NCBI GenBank assembly: GCA_964529745.1
Contig: CAZGZR010000003.1
Coordinates: 1,420 to 65,419, forward strand
Direction of reading: 5' to 3'
DNA from: an uncultured Candidatus Bathyarchaeia archaeon
GTDB lineage: Archaea; Thermoproteota; Bathyarchaeia; TCS64
DNA length: 64,000 bases
A program made the position numbers and the translations under genes. A model generated the notes under the pieces. The model saw only the letters and a program-made list of their open reading frames with translations, was not told where the DNA came from and ran no database searches. Positions 8,903 through 18,023 of the stretch are shown piece by piece (within the stretch, counting starts at the first letter, position 1; every line of letters begins with the position of its first letter).

Positions 8903-9659
8903 GATGGGAAGCAAGTACATACTTGAGACCAAGGGCCTGAACGTGGGGTACGGGCCTATCCACGTCATATACGACCTGGACTTCAGGGTCCCGGACGGAG
9001 AGGTAACCATAGTCGTAGGCCCCAATGGCGTCGGAAAGACCACCCTCCTGAAAGCCCTCATGGGCCTCGCCACCATATACAGCGGCGACATCACCTTCGA
9101 GGGCCAGAGGATAAACCAGATGCCACCCTACGAGAGAACCAAGCTCGGCATAGGTTACATGCCCCAGGTGGGCAACATATTCAGCAACCTTACCGTCAGC
9201 GACAACCTGAAGATGGCGGCTTACACCATGAAGGACCCTGACATGATCAGGGACAAGATGGAGTTCGTCTTCAACCTCTTCCCTGTGCTTCAGGGCTTCA
9301 TGCCCAGGGCGGCGGGCACCCTGAGCGGGGGCGAGCGCCAGATGCTCGCCGAGGGGATGGTGCTCATGAGGGACCCCAAGATAATGATGGTGGACGAGCC
9401 CACCGCCGGGCTGATGCCCAAGCTGGTCACCGACGTCATGAAGCAGCTCAAGGAGATGGCCGACGAGACGGGTCTCCCCATCGTGCTTGTGGAGCAGCGC
9501 GCCAGGCGTGCACTGGAAGTGGGCGACTACGCGTACATGATGCGCGGCGGAATGTTCACTTTCGAGGGCGGCGCACAGGAGCTTCTTAACAATCCGCAGC
9601 TCGAGGAGATGTATCTTGGCGCAGTCGAGGTACGAGACCTCAAGACCATCAGGGAATAA
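8895..9659 (+). CDS. ABC ATPase (LivF-like)
   Basis: GPNGVGKTT, LSGGERQMLA, VDEPTAGL.P, LVEQ. Confidence 0.94.
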   Translation: MSKMGSKYILETKGLNVGYGPIHVIYDLDFRVPDGEVTIVVGPNGVGKTTLLKALMGLATIYSGDITFEGQRINQMPPYERTKLGIGYMPQVGNIFSNLTVSDNLKMAAYTMKDPDMIRDKMEFVFNLFPVLQGFMPRAAGTLSGGERQMLAEGMVLMRDPKIMMVDEPTAGLMPKLVTDVMKQLKEMADETGLPIVLVEQRARRALEVGDYAYMMRGGMFTFEGGAQELLNNPQLEEMYLGAVEVRDLKTIRE

Positions 9660-9769
9660 CCACCCTCTTCTCTGTTTTCATCGATCCCATTCAATGTCCT
9701 GATCGTTGTTCTATATCAACGGGGGACAACCGTTTAATCAGCAGATGATTGAATGCCCTCTGATTCGTC

Positions 9770-10297
9770 GTGGGCTCTGATGCTTCTCACGGTTACCAAG
9801 CAACCTTTGAGCAGGATGAGCTAGACGTAGCTTTACTCCTCCACGGCTTGTTCTTGAGCTATGTACAGGTCTCGGCCAGCATAATTCCCCTCACTCGTTT
9901 CAGGTCCCTTGTGGGTCTGATGCGCGACGCACTATACAAGGTGACTGGGATGTCAACCATGGCGCTCATAACGATCCATGAAGTCGAGAAGACGCTGGAC
10001 AAGTACTGCAGCTTGTTGGAAGACTCAGGCGTCGCCGAGAAGGCGACGGCGGTCATGGATGACCCCCGGTCGTTCAGGTTTAACCTCCGGGGCTGCATGT
10101 TTGGGGGAGACTGCAGGCGACTGGTGTCGGGCACGTACATCTGCCCCTTCGCCATGTTCGCCGGGTTCCTCGCCCAGGAGAGCGGCGGGGGCAAGGTGAG
10201 CCTAGAGCCGAGCGAGAAGACGATGCTGGGTTCGAGAACACGTCTCTTAGTAGGCGGCACGGGGCGCCAAACGAAGAAGACAAAAGTGTACGTCTGA
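9770..10297 (+). CDS. Hypothetical protein with V4R/methanogen-output-like Cys motif
   Basis: FRFNLRGCMFGGDC....ICPFAMF resembles V4R/H-NOX-like ligand-binding domains; start uncertain. Confidence 0.5.
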   Translation: MGSDASHGYQATFEQDELDVALLLHGLFLSYVQVSASIIPLTRFRSLVGLMRDALYKVTGMSTMALITIHEVEKTLDKYCSLLEDSGVAEKATAVMDDPRSFRFNLRGCMFGGDCRRLVSGTYICPFAMFAGFLAQESGGGKVSLEPSEKTMLGSRTRLLVGGTGRQTKKTKVYV

Positions 10298-10370
10298 CTG
10301 GGAGGCCCATGTTGATAGCTTAGCTTAAACGCAGCAAGGGCCAACATATGAGACATAACGGTGTGCTCCG

Positions 10371-11489
10371 ATGGATGTCTCCTCTATTCGCAGTGACTTC
10401 ACCGTCCTGAGGGACTGGGCGTACCTCGACAACGCGTTCGTGGGGCTCATGCCGGCACAGGTGAGGAAAGGCTACGCCGAGTACGTGGACCAGTGGTACA
10501 GGTTCGACACCACTGGGGACAAAACCATCCTCCAGGAGTGGCTGGCCAAGGCGAGACGTGTGAGGGAGATGGCTGCAGCATTCATCCACGTGTCCGCCGA
10601 GGAGATCGCGTTCGACATGTGCACCGGCTCGGGGCTCAACATAGCCGTGAACGGAACAGAGTGGAGGAAGGGCGACAACGTCGTGTTCCCCGAGTGGGAG
10701 CACAACCCGTTGTACACCCACACAACAGCAAGAAACGCCGTCGAGCCCCGCGTTTGGAGGCCGGAGGGAGGCATCTTCGACACAGGGGACCTTGAGAATC
10801 TCATAGACGACAGGACCAAGCTCGTCCAGGTCAGCCAGGTGAGCTACGTCAACGGCCAGAGACTCGACCTGGAGGAGGTAGCCGAGATAGCCCACGGCCA
10901 CGGCGCCAAGGTGCTGGTTGACGCTACCCAGGCGGTGGGCGCCGTAGACGTGGACTATAGGAGGGACGATGTGGACTACGTGAGCTTCGCCCCCTACAAG
11001 TACCTGATGGGTCCTACTGGGCTCAGCTTCCTCTACGTGAAGCGGGAGAACCTCGCCGAGCTGACGCCGGACCGGACAGGCTGGAAGAACCAGATATGGG
11101 GCGGCGACAACCCCGAAGACCCGGTGGACCTGGACACCGCCGAGAAGTTCGAGTATGGCACCCTCCACTTCCAAGGGATGTACGCCGTGGAACGGTCCCT
11201 CGACTACCTGAATAGGGTGGGCATCGACGAGGTCGAGAAGCGGAACCTCATGCTCTCAAGCTACACCTACGACCGGCTATCCAGCCTCGGGAGGAAGCTA
11301 TTCATGCCCGAGCCCCCGGCGTCCACGATAGTGAGCTACTTCCAGACGGGCGCCGTTGGGCTCGCCGCCACGCTCAAGGCGATGAAGATCAAGGTCACCG
11401 GCAGGTCGGCCCACGGCGACCACATAAGGGTATCGAACCACTTCTACAACACCAGGGAAGACGTTGACAGGCTCATGGAAAACGTCTAG
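10371..11489 (+). CDS. PLP-dependent aminotransferase class V family enzyme
   Basis: YLDNA, VDATQAVG, APYKYL.GP.G (PLP Lys), KFEYGT, IRVSNHFYNT; no RxGHHCA catalytic Cys. Confidence 0.9.
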   Translation: MDVSSIRSDFTVLRDWAYLDNAFVGLMPAQVRKGYAEYVDQWYRFDTTGDKTILQEWLAKARRVREMAAAFIHVSAEEIAFDMCTGSGLNIAVNGTEWRKGDNVVFPEWEHNPLYTHTTARNAVEPRVWRPEGGIFDTGDLENLIDDRTKLVQVSQVSYVNGQRLDLEEVAEIAHGHGAKVLVDATQAVGAVDVDYRRDDVDYVSFAPYKYLMGPTGLSFLYVKRENLAELTPDRTGWKNQIWGGDNPEDPVDLDTAEKFEYGTLHFQGMYAVERSLDYLNRVGIDEVEKRNLMLSSYTYDRLSSLGRKLFMPEPPASTIVSYFQTGAVGLAATLKAMKIKVTGRSAHGDHIRVSNHFYNTREDVDRLMENV

Positions 11490-12250
11490 AATCTGCCACG
11501 CTTCACGTAGTTGAGCCCTATCCCGCCTAGTATCACAAGGGCCCCCAGGTCGGCGGCGTATGGTATCAGGGGCTCTGCCATCTGCTTGTAGATGATCCCT
11601 GAGAGGGCCCAGACGATGACTAAGCTGTAGGCGGCGTCCCCCCTCGTATACAGGTTGACCAGCGTCAGCGCGACGGCAACGCCGATCACGGCCACCGTCC
11701 AGTACGCTGCGGTCGTGCCGTAGCTCTCCCAACCAGACGCTACCAGGAACGCCACTATGTTGGCTATGGGGGCCACGGTGATCCATCCCAAGTAGACGCT
11801 GAACGGCAGGCGATAGTATAGCTGCTGATCTCTGGACACCTGCGCCCTGCCTATGTCCAGCCTAAGGTAGATCAATATCAGAGATGCCAGGAGCCCGAAC
11901 ATGGGCACTAGGCTCAGCGCGACCAGCCGCCAGTGCCAGAGGAATATCCAGACGACGTTGAAGACGTTGCTCGCGATGAACAGCCACCCGATCTTCCTTA
12001 GGGTCTCGGCGTCTTCTCCGCCGCGCCTCAGCTGGCGCACGGTGAACCCCAGGAGAAGCAGGTAGATGACGCCCCATATGCTGAAGACGTAGCCCGCTGG
12101 GACGAAGTAGTTGGGGTAGCTGTCGGACAACTCGGCGGTGGTCACGCCGTTCAACGGCAGGGCGTTGGCCAGCGTGTTAACGACGACGACGGCCGCATAG
12201 CTTAGTGCGTTACCGATCTGCAGGACCCTGATTTCTGACGATTTCTCCAT
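11486..12250 (-). CDS. TspO/MBR-like Trp-rich integral membrane protein
   Basis: N.LANALPLNG.TT..LSD.YPN.F.PAGY.FSIWG.IY, N..WIFLW, PFSVYLGWI.VA. Confidence 0.8.
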   Translation of the reverse strand: MEKSSEIRVLQIGNALSYAAVVVVNTLANALPLNGVTTAELSDSYPNYFVPAGYVFSIWGVIYLLLLGFTVRQLRRGGEDAETLRKIGWLFIASNVFNVVWIFLWHWRLVALSLVPMFGLLASLILIYLRLDIGRAQVSRDQQLYYRLPFSVYLGWITVAPIANIVAFLVASGWESYGTTAAYWTVAVIGVAVALTLVNLYTRGDAAYSLVIVWALSGIIYKQMAEPLIPYAADLGALVILGGIGLNYVKRGRF

Positions 12251-12369
12251 GTTTACCCGTCGGGAACGAAGCTAGATAAGGCGTTTGGGGGTTAAACATG
12301 AAATATCTGTGTTAACTTGCATGGTTGTTTAACAAAAACATTAAAACTGCCCCTCGTTCATGATAGTCA

Positions 12370-13920
12370 ATGACCCCAGGTAAACGACCAGACGGCATAG
12401 CCGTCCTCGATTTCGGCGGCCAGTACTGCCACCTCATCGCCCGTAGGGTCCGGGAGATGAACGTCTACAGCGAGATCCTGCCCAGCGACGCCACAAGGGC
12501 CGAGGTGGAGGCCCTGGGCTCGGTGATGAACCTTAGGGGGGTCATCTTCTCGGGGAGCCCCAGCAGCGTGAAGGCAGAGGACGCTCTGACCCTCGACCCG
12601 AATATTCTTGAGATGGGGATCCCGGTCCTCGGGCTCTGCTATGGGCTGCAGCTCCTCGCAGAGATGCAAGGCGGGGAGCTGGCGAAGGCCAGGGAGTACG
12701 GTGTGACCTATGCCTACGTAGATGAGGCCGTGGGGGTGCTGGAGGGGCTGGACGCCCGCGAGCGGGTTTGGATGAGCCACGGAGACACCGTCTTCGAGGC
12801 GCCTGAGGGGTTTAGGGTCGCGGCGCACACCGACAGGGCGCCTGTCGCCGCCATGAGGCACATAGAGAAGCCCATCTGGGGGCTCCAGTGGCACCCCGAG
12901 GTGGTCCACACAGAGCACGGGGGGTTGATGCTCCGGAACTTTGTCTTCGGGGTCTGCGGCTGTGAGCCCAACTGGAGGCCGCTGGACAGGGTGGATGAGG
13001 CCATCAAGGCTATCGAGAAAACGGTGGGGGACGGGAGGGCCATCATCGCCTTGAGCGGGGGCGTGGACTCCAGCGTAGCGGCCGCGCTGGCGGGAAGGGC
13101 ACTCGGCGGGAGCCTGCTGGCCGTCCACGTGGACCACGGCCTCATGAGGGCGAACGAGTCCGCCGAGGTGGAGGCCGCCTTCAAGGATAAGGGCCTCAAC
13201 CTGGTGGTGGTGGACGCCCGAGGCAGGTTCCTCAGGAGGCTTCAGGGCGTGGTTGACCCCGAGGAGAAGCGTAAGATCATCGGCGAGGAGTTCATCAGGG
13301 TCTTCGAGGAGGAGGCGCGAAGATTCGGGGCAGAGTACCTGATACAGGGTACGATCTACCCCGACAGGATAGAATCCGGGCTGACCCGGGACAGCGACAC
13401 CATAAAGACCCATCACAACGTGGGTGGGCTACCCCTCCATATGATGTTCAAGGAGGTGATCGAGCCCCTGGGGGAGCTGTACAAGGACGAAGTCAGGAGG
13501 CTTGGCGAGCGGCTGGGGCTCCCGGGGGAGCTCGTGTGGAGGCAGCCCTTCCCCGGGCCAGGGCTCGCCGTCAGGATAATAGGCCCCGTAACAGGAGCCA
13601 AGCTGGATGCGCTCAGGAAGGCAGACGCCATAGTATGCGAGGAGGTGGAGGCCCACCCCTTCAGGGAAAGGCTGTGGCAGTACTTCGCCGTGCTGACCAA
13701 CACCAAGACCACGGGGGTCAAGGGCGACGAGAGGGCCTACGGGTGGACCGTAGCGGTCAGGATGGTGGAGAGCGTGGACGCGATGACAGCCAGCTTCAGC
13801 AAAGCGCCGTGGGAGGTCCTGGAGCGTATAAGCAACAGGATTGGTAACGAGGTGCCCGGCGTTACTCGGGTGGTTTACGACGTAACCCATAAACCCCCTG
13901 CTACCATAGAGTGGGAGTGA
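12370..13920 (+). CDS. guaA: GMP synthase (glutamine-hydrolysing), fused GATase + ATP-PPase
   Basis: LDFGGQY, GLCYG.Q, QWHPEV, LSGGVDS, QGTIYPD.IES, IKTHHNVGG, PFPGPGL, KPPATIEWE. Confidence 0.97.
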   Translation: MTPGKRPDGIAVLDFGGQYCHLIARRVREMNVYSEILPSDATRAEVEALGSVMNLRGVIFSGSPSSVKAEDALTLDPNILEMGIPVLGLCYGLQLLAEMQGGELAKAREYGVTYAYVDEAVGVLEGLDARERVWMSHGDTVFEAPEGFRVAAHTDRAPVAAMRHIEKPIWGLQWHPEVVHTEHGGLMLRNFVFGVCGCEPNWRPLDRVDEAIKAIEKTVGDGRAIIALSGGVDSSVAAALAGRALGGSLLAVHVDHGLMRANESAEVEAAFKDKGLNLVVVDARGRFLRRLQGVVDPEEKRKIIGEEFIRVFEEEARRFGAEYLIQGTIYPDRIESGLTRDSDTIKTHHNVGGLPLHMMFKEVIEPLGELYKDEVRRLGERLGLPGELVWRQPFPGPGLAVRIIGPVTGAKLDALRKADAIVCEEVEAHPFRERLWQYFAVLTNTKTTGVKGDERAYGWTVAVRMVESVDAMTASFSKAPWEVLERISNRIGNEVPGVTRVVYDVTHKPPATIEWE

Positions 13921-14345
13921 TGAAGGGCTTCACATATCCTGAGGAGGGGCCGTTGGCGGACCTCCTCGTCGAGGCAACCGGCTCCACCCTCGGAGAGGCT
14001 TTCGCCAACCTGGCCCTCGGCATGTTCAACGCTATGACACCCATAGGGGGCATAGCCGAGGAGGAGGAGTTCACCGTGGAGGCCGAGGGGATTGACATGG
14101 AGAGCCTGCTGTTCAACCTGATGGATGAGTTTCTCTACCTGAACGATGTCGAGTTCCTGGTCCCGAGAAGGATAGAGGTACAGGTTGATGAGGAGAACTT
14201 CAAAGCCACAGCCAAGTGTATAGGCGAGAGGTTCAGCAGGGAGACCCATGAGGTGGGCATCGCCGTCAAGGCCGCCACGTACCACATGATGGAGATTAGA
14301 AAGGAGAAAGATGGCTGGCGGGTCCGGATGGTGTTCGACACCTAG
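13920..14345 (+). CDS. Archease
   Basis: AD..VEA.G.TL.EAF.N.A, VKAATYH.ME......W...VFDT; TGATG overlap with guaA. Confidence 0.9.
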   Translation: MKGFTYPEEGPLADLLVEATGSTLGEAFANLALGMFNAMTPIGGIAEEEEFTVEAEGIDMESLLFNLMDEFLYLNDVEFLVPRRIEVQVDEENFKATAKCIGERFSRETHEVGIAVKAATYHMMEIRKEKDGWRVRMVFDT

Positions 14346-14432
14346 GGACTTCCCGGTTCCATAGTTTACTGTGCCCCCGTCTATGGTAGCTAGTATATTT
14401 GCGGATGATTATTCTAACTTTCAAGCTGGTTT

Positions 14433-14629
14433 CTACCTCGTTGGCTCCCTTTGCTCAACGGACTCCACTATCGGGTCGAGTATATCGTGGTTGAGGCTGT
14501 ATAAGCTGTGTTTACCCTCTCTCCCGACATCCACCAGCTTCACCTGAATAGGGTCCGCAGGTTGTGGCTAACCATGCTCTGTTACTGGCCATGCGTTTCC
14601 ACGAACTCATACGTTCATGGGCTCTTACG
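14433..14629 (-). pseudogene. Degenerate ArsR/SmtB-family regulator fragment
   Basis: Pieced-together minus-strand translation PMNV/EFVETHGQ*QSMVSHNLRTL/VKLVDVGREGKHSLYSLNHDILDPIVESVE aligns with the adjacent ArsR (EMNVTGLASEIGQEQSMVSHNLKILEQCSFVFSERRGKEKYVYLNGETV). It has a nonsense codon and frameshifts. Confidence 0.75.
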
Positions 14630-14953
14630 CTAGTCTCTGTAGGGGCAATTACCGGCGGCCTTGCAGTATCTATCCTCGTGTTCCTCGACGATGCCGAAGA
14701 TCGAGTTAACGGTTTCACCGTTCAGATAGACATATTTCTCTTTGCCTCGCCTCTCGGAGAACACGAAGCTGCACTGTTCAAGTATCTTCAAGTTGTGGCT
14801 GACCATGCTCTGCTCCTGCCCGATCTCCGAGGCTAACCCGGTCACGTTCATCTCGCCTTCAGAAAGCTTCTCAAGGATCGCCAACCTAGTCGGGTTCGCT
14901 AACGTAGAGAAGAACCCGTAACATATCTCGCTCAAACCTCTTTTCATATCCAA
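14630..14953 (-). CDS. ArsR/SmtB-family metalloregulator
   Basis: FFSTLANPTRLAIL..L...EMNV..LA...GQEQSMVSHNL..L; C-terminal His/Cys residues. Confidence 0.92.
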   Translation of the reverse strand: MDMKRGLSEICYGFFSTLANPTRLAILEKLSEGEMNVTGLASEIGQEQSMVSHNLKILEQCSFVFSERRGKEKYVYLNGETVNSIFGIVEEHEDRYCKAAGNCPYRD

Positions 14954-15036
14954 ACCCCTTACACGCGGGTTGAATAAACGAACTATATTTCAAGCGTATA
15001 TAAGTAAAATGGTGTTAAAAATATATGAAAAATGGG

Positions 15037-16338
15037 TTAAATCTTTAACTTGTTCAAGCTGCCATCGATGACCTTCAAGCCGTTCATGTAGGGCTGCAGC
15101 GCCTTCGGCACACTCACGGTGCCGTCCTCCCGCTGGTACTGCTCTACGACGGCGATCATGGTCCGGCTCGTCGCCATGGCCGTGTTGTTTAGGGTGTGGA
15201 CGAATCCCTCAGGCGGCGCTCCCTCCTTTAGCCGGTACTTCACGTTGAGGCGACGCGCCTGATAGTCGGTGCAGTTGCTGTTGGAACCGATCTCACGGAA
15301 CTCGTCGTCGGCCATCCACACCTCTGTGTCGTACTTCTTGGCTGCTATGATGCCTATGTCGCCTGTGCAGACGTTGACGACCCTGTAGTGGAGTCCAAGT
15401 CCCTGGTAGAGTTCCTCGCAGTTCTTCTGAAGCTCCTCGTGTAGCTCCCAGCTCTGCTCAGGCAGAGAGAATATGAACTGCTCGACTTTATGGAATTGAT
15501 GCACCCTGAAGAGGCCCTTAGTGTACTTACCGTGGGCGCCCACCTCCCGCCTGAAACATGGGCTTACCCCGCAGAGCCTGATGGGCAGGTCCTCGGCGAG
15601 AAGCGTCTCATCCTGGAGCATGGCCGCCATGGCATGCTCGCTCGTCGCTATGAGGTAGAGGTCCTCATCTTCGACTTTGTACATGACAGACTCGAAGTCA
15701 GCGAGATCGGTGACCCCCTCGTAGGCGGCACGCCTGATCATGTAGGGGGGCACGATGAGGCTGTACCCTTTCTTGATTAGGTGGTTGACGGCGTACCGCT
15801 GGATCGCGAGGTCTAGGAGCGCTAACTCGTTCCTGAGATAGTAGAAGCCCGAGCCGGCTGCCTTGGCCGCCCGCTCGAAGTCGGCGATTCCCAGCGCGGT
15901 GACTATCTCCGCGTGGCTCTTGGGCTTGAAACCGAAATCCGGCGGTTTACCCCACCGTTTGATCTCGACGTTGTCGTGCTCATCCTCCCCGTAGGGAACT
16001 GACTCGTTGAGCATGTTGGGCAGCCGCATCAATCCGTCGCGGAGCATCTCCTGGCTCTCGCTCATCTGAGACTCTAGCACGCGGAGCTGTGAGGGTATCT
16101 CCGAGGCCTCCTTCTTGAGGCTGGAGGCGTCGCCGCCCTCCTTCATCACCTTACCGATCTCGCTGGATATCTGGTTCCTCCTCCGGCGTAGATCGTTGAC
16201 CCTCTGCGTGAGCTCCCGCCACTTCCTGTCTGTCTCTATGACGTGGTCTAGGAGCTCAAGCTTCTCGGGGTCCTTTCTTCTGGCCAGGTTTTCCCGAACC
16301 TTCTCGGGTTGTTCTCTGATGAGCTTTATATCTAGCAT
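15037..16338 (-). CDS. serS: Serine--tRNA ligase (type 1)
   Basis: MLDIKLIRE, YLIATSEH, FRREVGAHGK.TKGLFRVHQF.KVEQF, HTLNNTA....R. Confidence 0.97.
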   Translation of the reverse strand: MLDIKLIREQPEKVRENLARRKDPEKLELLDHVIETDRKWRELTQRVNDLRRRRNQISSEIGKVMKEGGDASSLKKEASEIPSQLRVLESQMSESQEMLRDGLMRLPNMLNESVPYGEDEHDNVEIKRWGKPPDFGFKPKSHAEIVTALGIADFERAAKAAGSGFYYLRNELALLDLAIQRYAVNHLIKKGYSLIVPPYMIRRAAYEGVTDLADFESVMYKVEDEDLYLIATSEHAMAAMLQDETLLAEDLPIRLCGVSPCFRREVGAHGKYTKGLFRVHQFHKVEQFIFSLPEQSWELHEELQKNCEELYQGLGLHYRVVNVCTGDIGIIAAKKYDTEVWMADDEFREIGSNSNCTDYQARRLNVKYRLKEGAPPEGFVHTLNNTAMATSRTMIAVVEQYQREDGTVSVPKALQPYMNGLKVIDGSLNKLKI

Positions 16339-16561
16339 CCTAAGCCCACGCAACCATGGTGTACGCCTTACCCTCTTTTAGAAGTTGTGTGTTAGCCAGC
16401 GACTACGATGACGCCGCTAAGATATCGATCCTCGAATCCGTGAAGGGCGACCCAAACCCCATCCTGTAGTTAACAACAAATCCACTTTCACCCAGCCCCG
16501 ACACTCAAACCCGTGCGTTCCGCTTAAAAACCGTTCACGCAACAAGGATTCAGTGTAACTC

Positions 16562-16747
16562 TTGTCAACATACGAGGTCGGTGCCTTCGAGGCCCTGGAG
16601 TGGGCGTGGAACCTGTTGAGAGTAAACGACGGCGTAAACATCGAGGAGGCTGCAAAGCACATCCAAGATATGTTGTTGACTCTCAGTAACGGCACTCCGG
16701 TTAACTTCCAGCAGAGGGCGATCGCCCTCAGAAACGTGCCACAGTAG
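16562..16747 (+). CDS. Small hypothetical protein (61 aa)
   Basis: TTG start about 35 nt after CTTAAAAA; helical, host-like codons. Confidence 0.6.
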   Translation: MSTYEVGAFEALEWAWNLLRVNDGVNIEEAAKHIQDMLLTLSNGTPVNFQQRAIALRNVPQ

Positions 16748-16789
16748 TTAATCCCTTAAGCGGGTGGATTTCATTCTATCTGAACCACG

Positions 16790-18022
16790 TTGACCGCGTA
16801 TAAGGTGTTCACCGGAGCCAGGCTCATAGACGGGACGGGCGTCAAACCGGTGGAGGACGCATCCATAATAGTCGAGGGGGACAGGATCAAGGAAGCTGGT
16901 AAGGGCCTCGACGCACCGAAAGACGCCGAGGTGATCGACGCCGCGGGGAGGACCCTGATGCCCGGGCTCATCGACAGCCACGTACATCTCTGCAGCAACG
17001 GCGACCCCGACATCCTGAGGATGATACATTACCCCATGGGTATGCTTCAGCTGTTCGGGTACAGGAACGCGTTGAACGAGCTTGAGGCGGGCTTCACCAC
17101 CGTACGCGACATGGGCGCGCCCCACGGGTTCGCCTTGAGCCTCAGACAGGCAGTGGAGGCCGGAGTCGTCAAGGGGCCCCGGATAGTGGCGCCGGGCAAG
17201 GTCATAAGCATGACTGGCGGCCATGCCGACTTCCACCTGGCCAGCGGCCTCAGCTTCGAGGGGATGAGCAGGATCGCCGACGGCGTCGCCGACTGCCGCA
17301 GGGCGGCGAGGGAGCAGCTCAGGGACGGCGCCGACTTCGTCAAGATATGCAGCAGCGGGGGAGTCATGTCCCCAACCGACCCCGTGGACACACCCCAGTT
17401 CACACCCGAGGAGATCGAGGCCATGGTCTACGAGGCGGCTTGCGTCGGCAGGACCGTCGCCAGCCACGCCCACGGCGCCACGGGCATCAAGAACGCCGTG
17501 CTAGCCGGAGTCAAGACCATAGAGCACGGAAGCCTCGTGGACGACGAGGCGGTCAAGCTCATGGCCCAGCGGGGATGCTTCCACGTGCCCACCCTGGTGG
17601 CCGGGTGGAACATAGTGCAGCACGGCAAGGAGGCCGGGATACCGGCGTACGCCGTGGACAAGGCCGAGGAGATCGCCCACGAGGTCAGGAAGAACGTCAT
17701 GAGAAGCCATGGGGGAGGCGTGAAGGTGGCCATGGGCACGGACGCCGGGACGCCGTTCAACAGGCACGGCTGCAACGCCCAGGAGATAACCCACCTCGTT
17801 GACGCAGGGTTCACCCCCATGGAGGCCATAGTGGCCGCGACAAAGACGGGCTCCGAGTGCATCGGGCTGGAGAAGCAGGTAGGGACCATTGAGCCCGGTA
17901 AGCTGGCGGACCTAATCGTCGTAGAGGGCGACCCCCTGAAAGACATCAAGGTCCTTGAAGGAAAAGCCAACATCCTCCTGGTGTTGAAGGGCGGCGTAGT
18001 CGAGGTCAACAGGGGCATATAG
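16790..18022 (+). CDS. Metal-dependent amidohydrolase (prolidase/carboxypeptidase-like)
   Basis: PGLIDSHVH, GFTTVRD, VKIC.SGG, HAHG, IEHG, GTDAG, G.IEPGKLADL. Confidence 0.92.
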   Translation: MTAYKVFTGARLIDGTGVKPVEDASIIVEGDRIKEAGKGLDAPKDAEVIDAAGRTLMPGLIDSHVHLCSNGDPDILRMIHYPMGMLQLFGYRNALNELEAGFTTVRDMGAPHGFALSLRQAVEAGVVKGPRIVAPGKVISMTGGHADFHLASGLSFEGMSRIADGVADCRRAAREQLRDGADFVKICSSGGVMSPTDPVDTPQFTPEEIEAMVYEAACVGRTVASHAHGATGIKNAVLAGVKTIEHGSLVDDEAVKLMAQRGCFHVPTLVAGWNIVQHGKEAGIPAYAVDKAEEIAHEVRKNVMRSHGGGVKVAMGTDAGTPFNRHGCNAQEITHLVDAGFTPMEAIVAATKTGSECIGLEKQVGTIEPGKLADLIVVEGDPLKDIKVLEGKANILLVLKGGVVEVNRGI

Positions 18023-18023
18023 C

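Noticed and set aside
14970..14993. TTGAA...TTCAA inverted repeat as an ArsR/SmtB box
   Set aside because: Only 5-bp arms in AT-rich DNA, with spacing unlike the 12-2-12 consensus; too weak.
16352..16471. Fluoride-riboswitch-like words (ATGGTGTACGCC ... GATGACGCC) and a possible GACTAC/GTAGTT stem upstream of serS
   Set aside because: The P1 stem cannot form (AACC instead of GGCG), the spacing is wrong and no crcB/eriC gene is adjacent. It is also not a tRNA (no cloverleaf around TCGAATCC).
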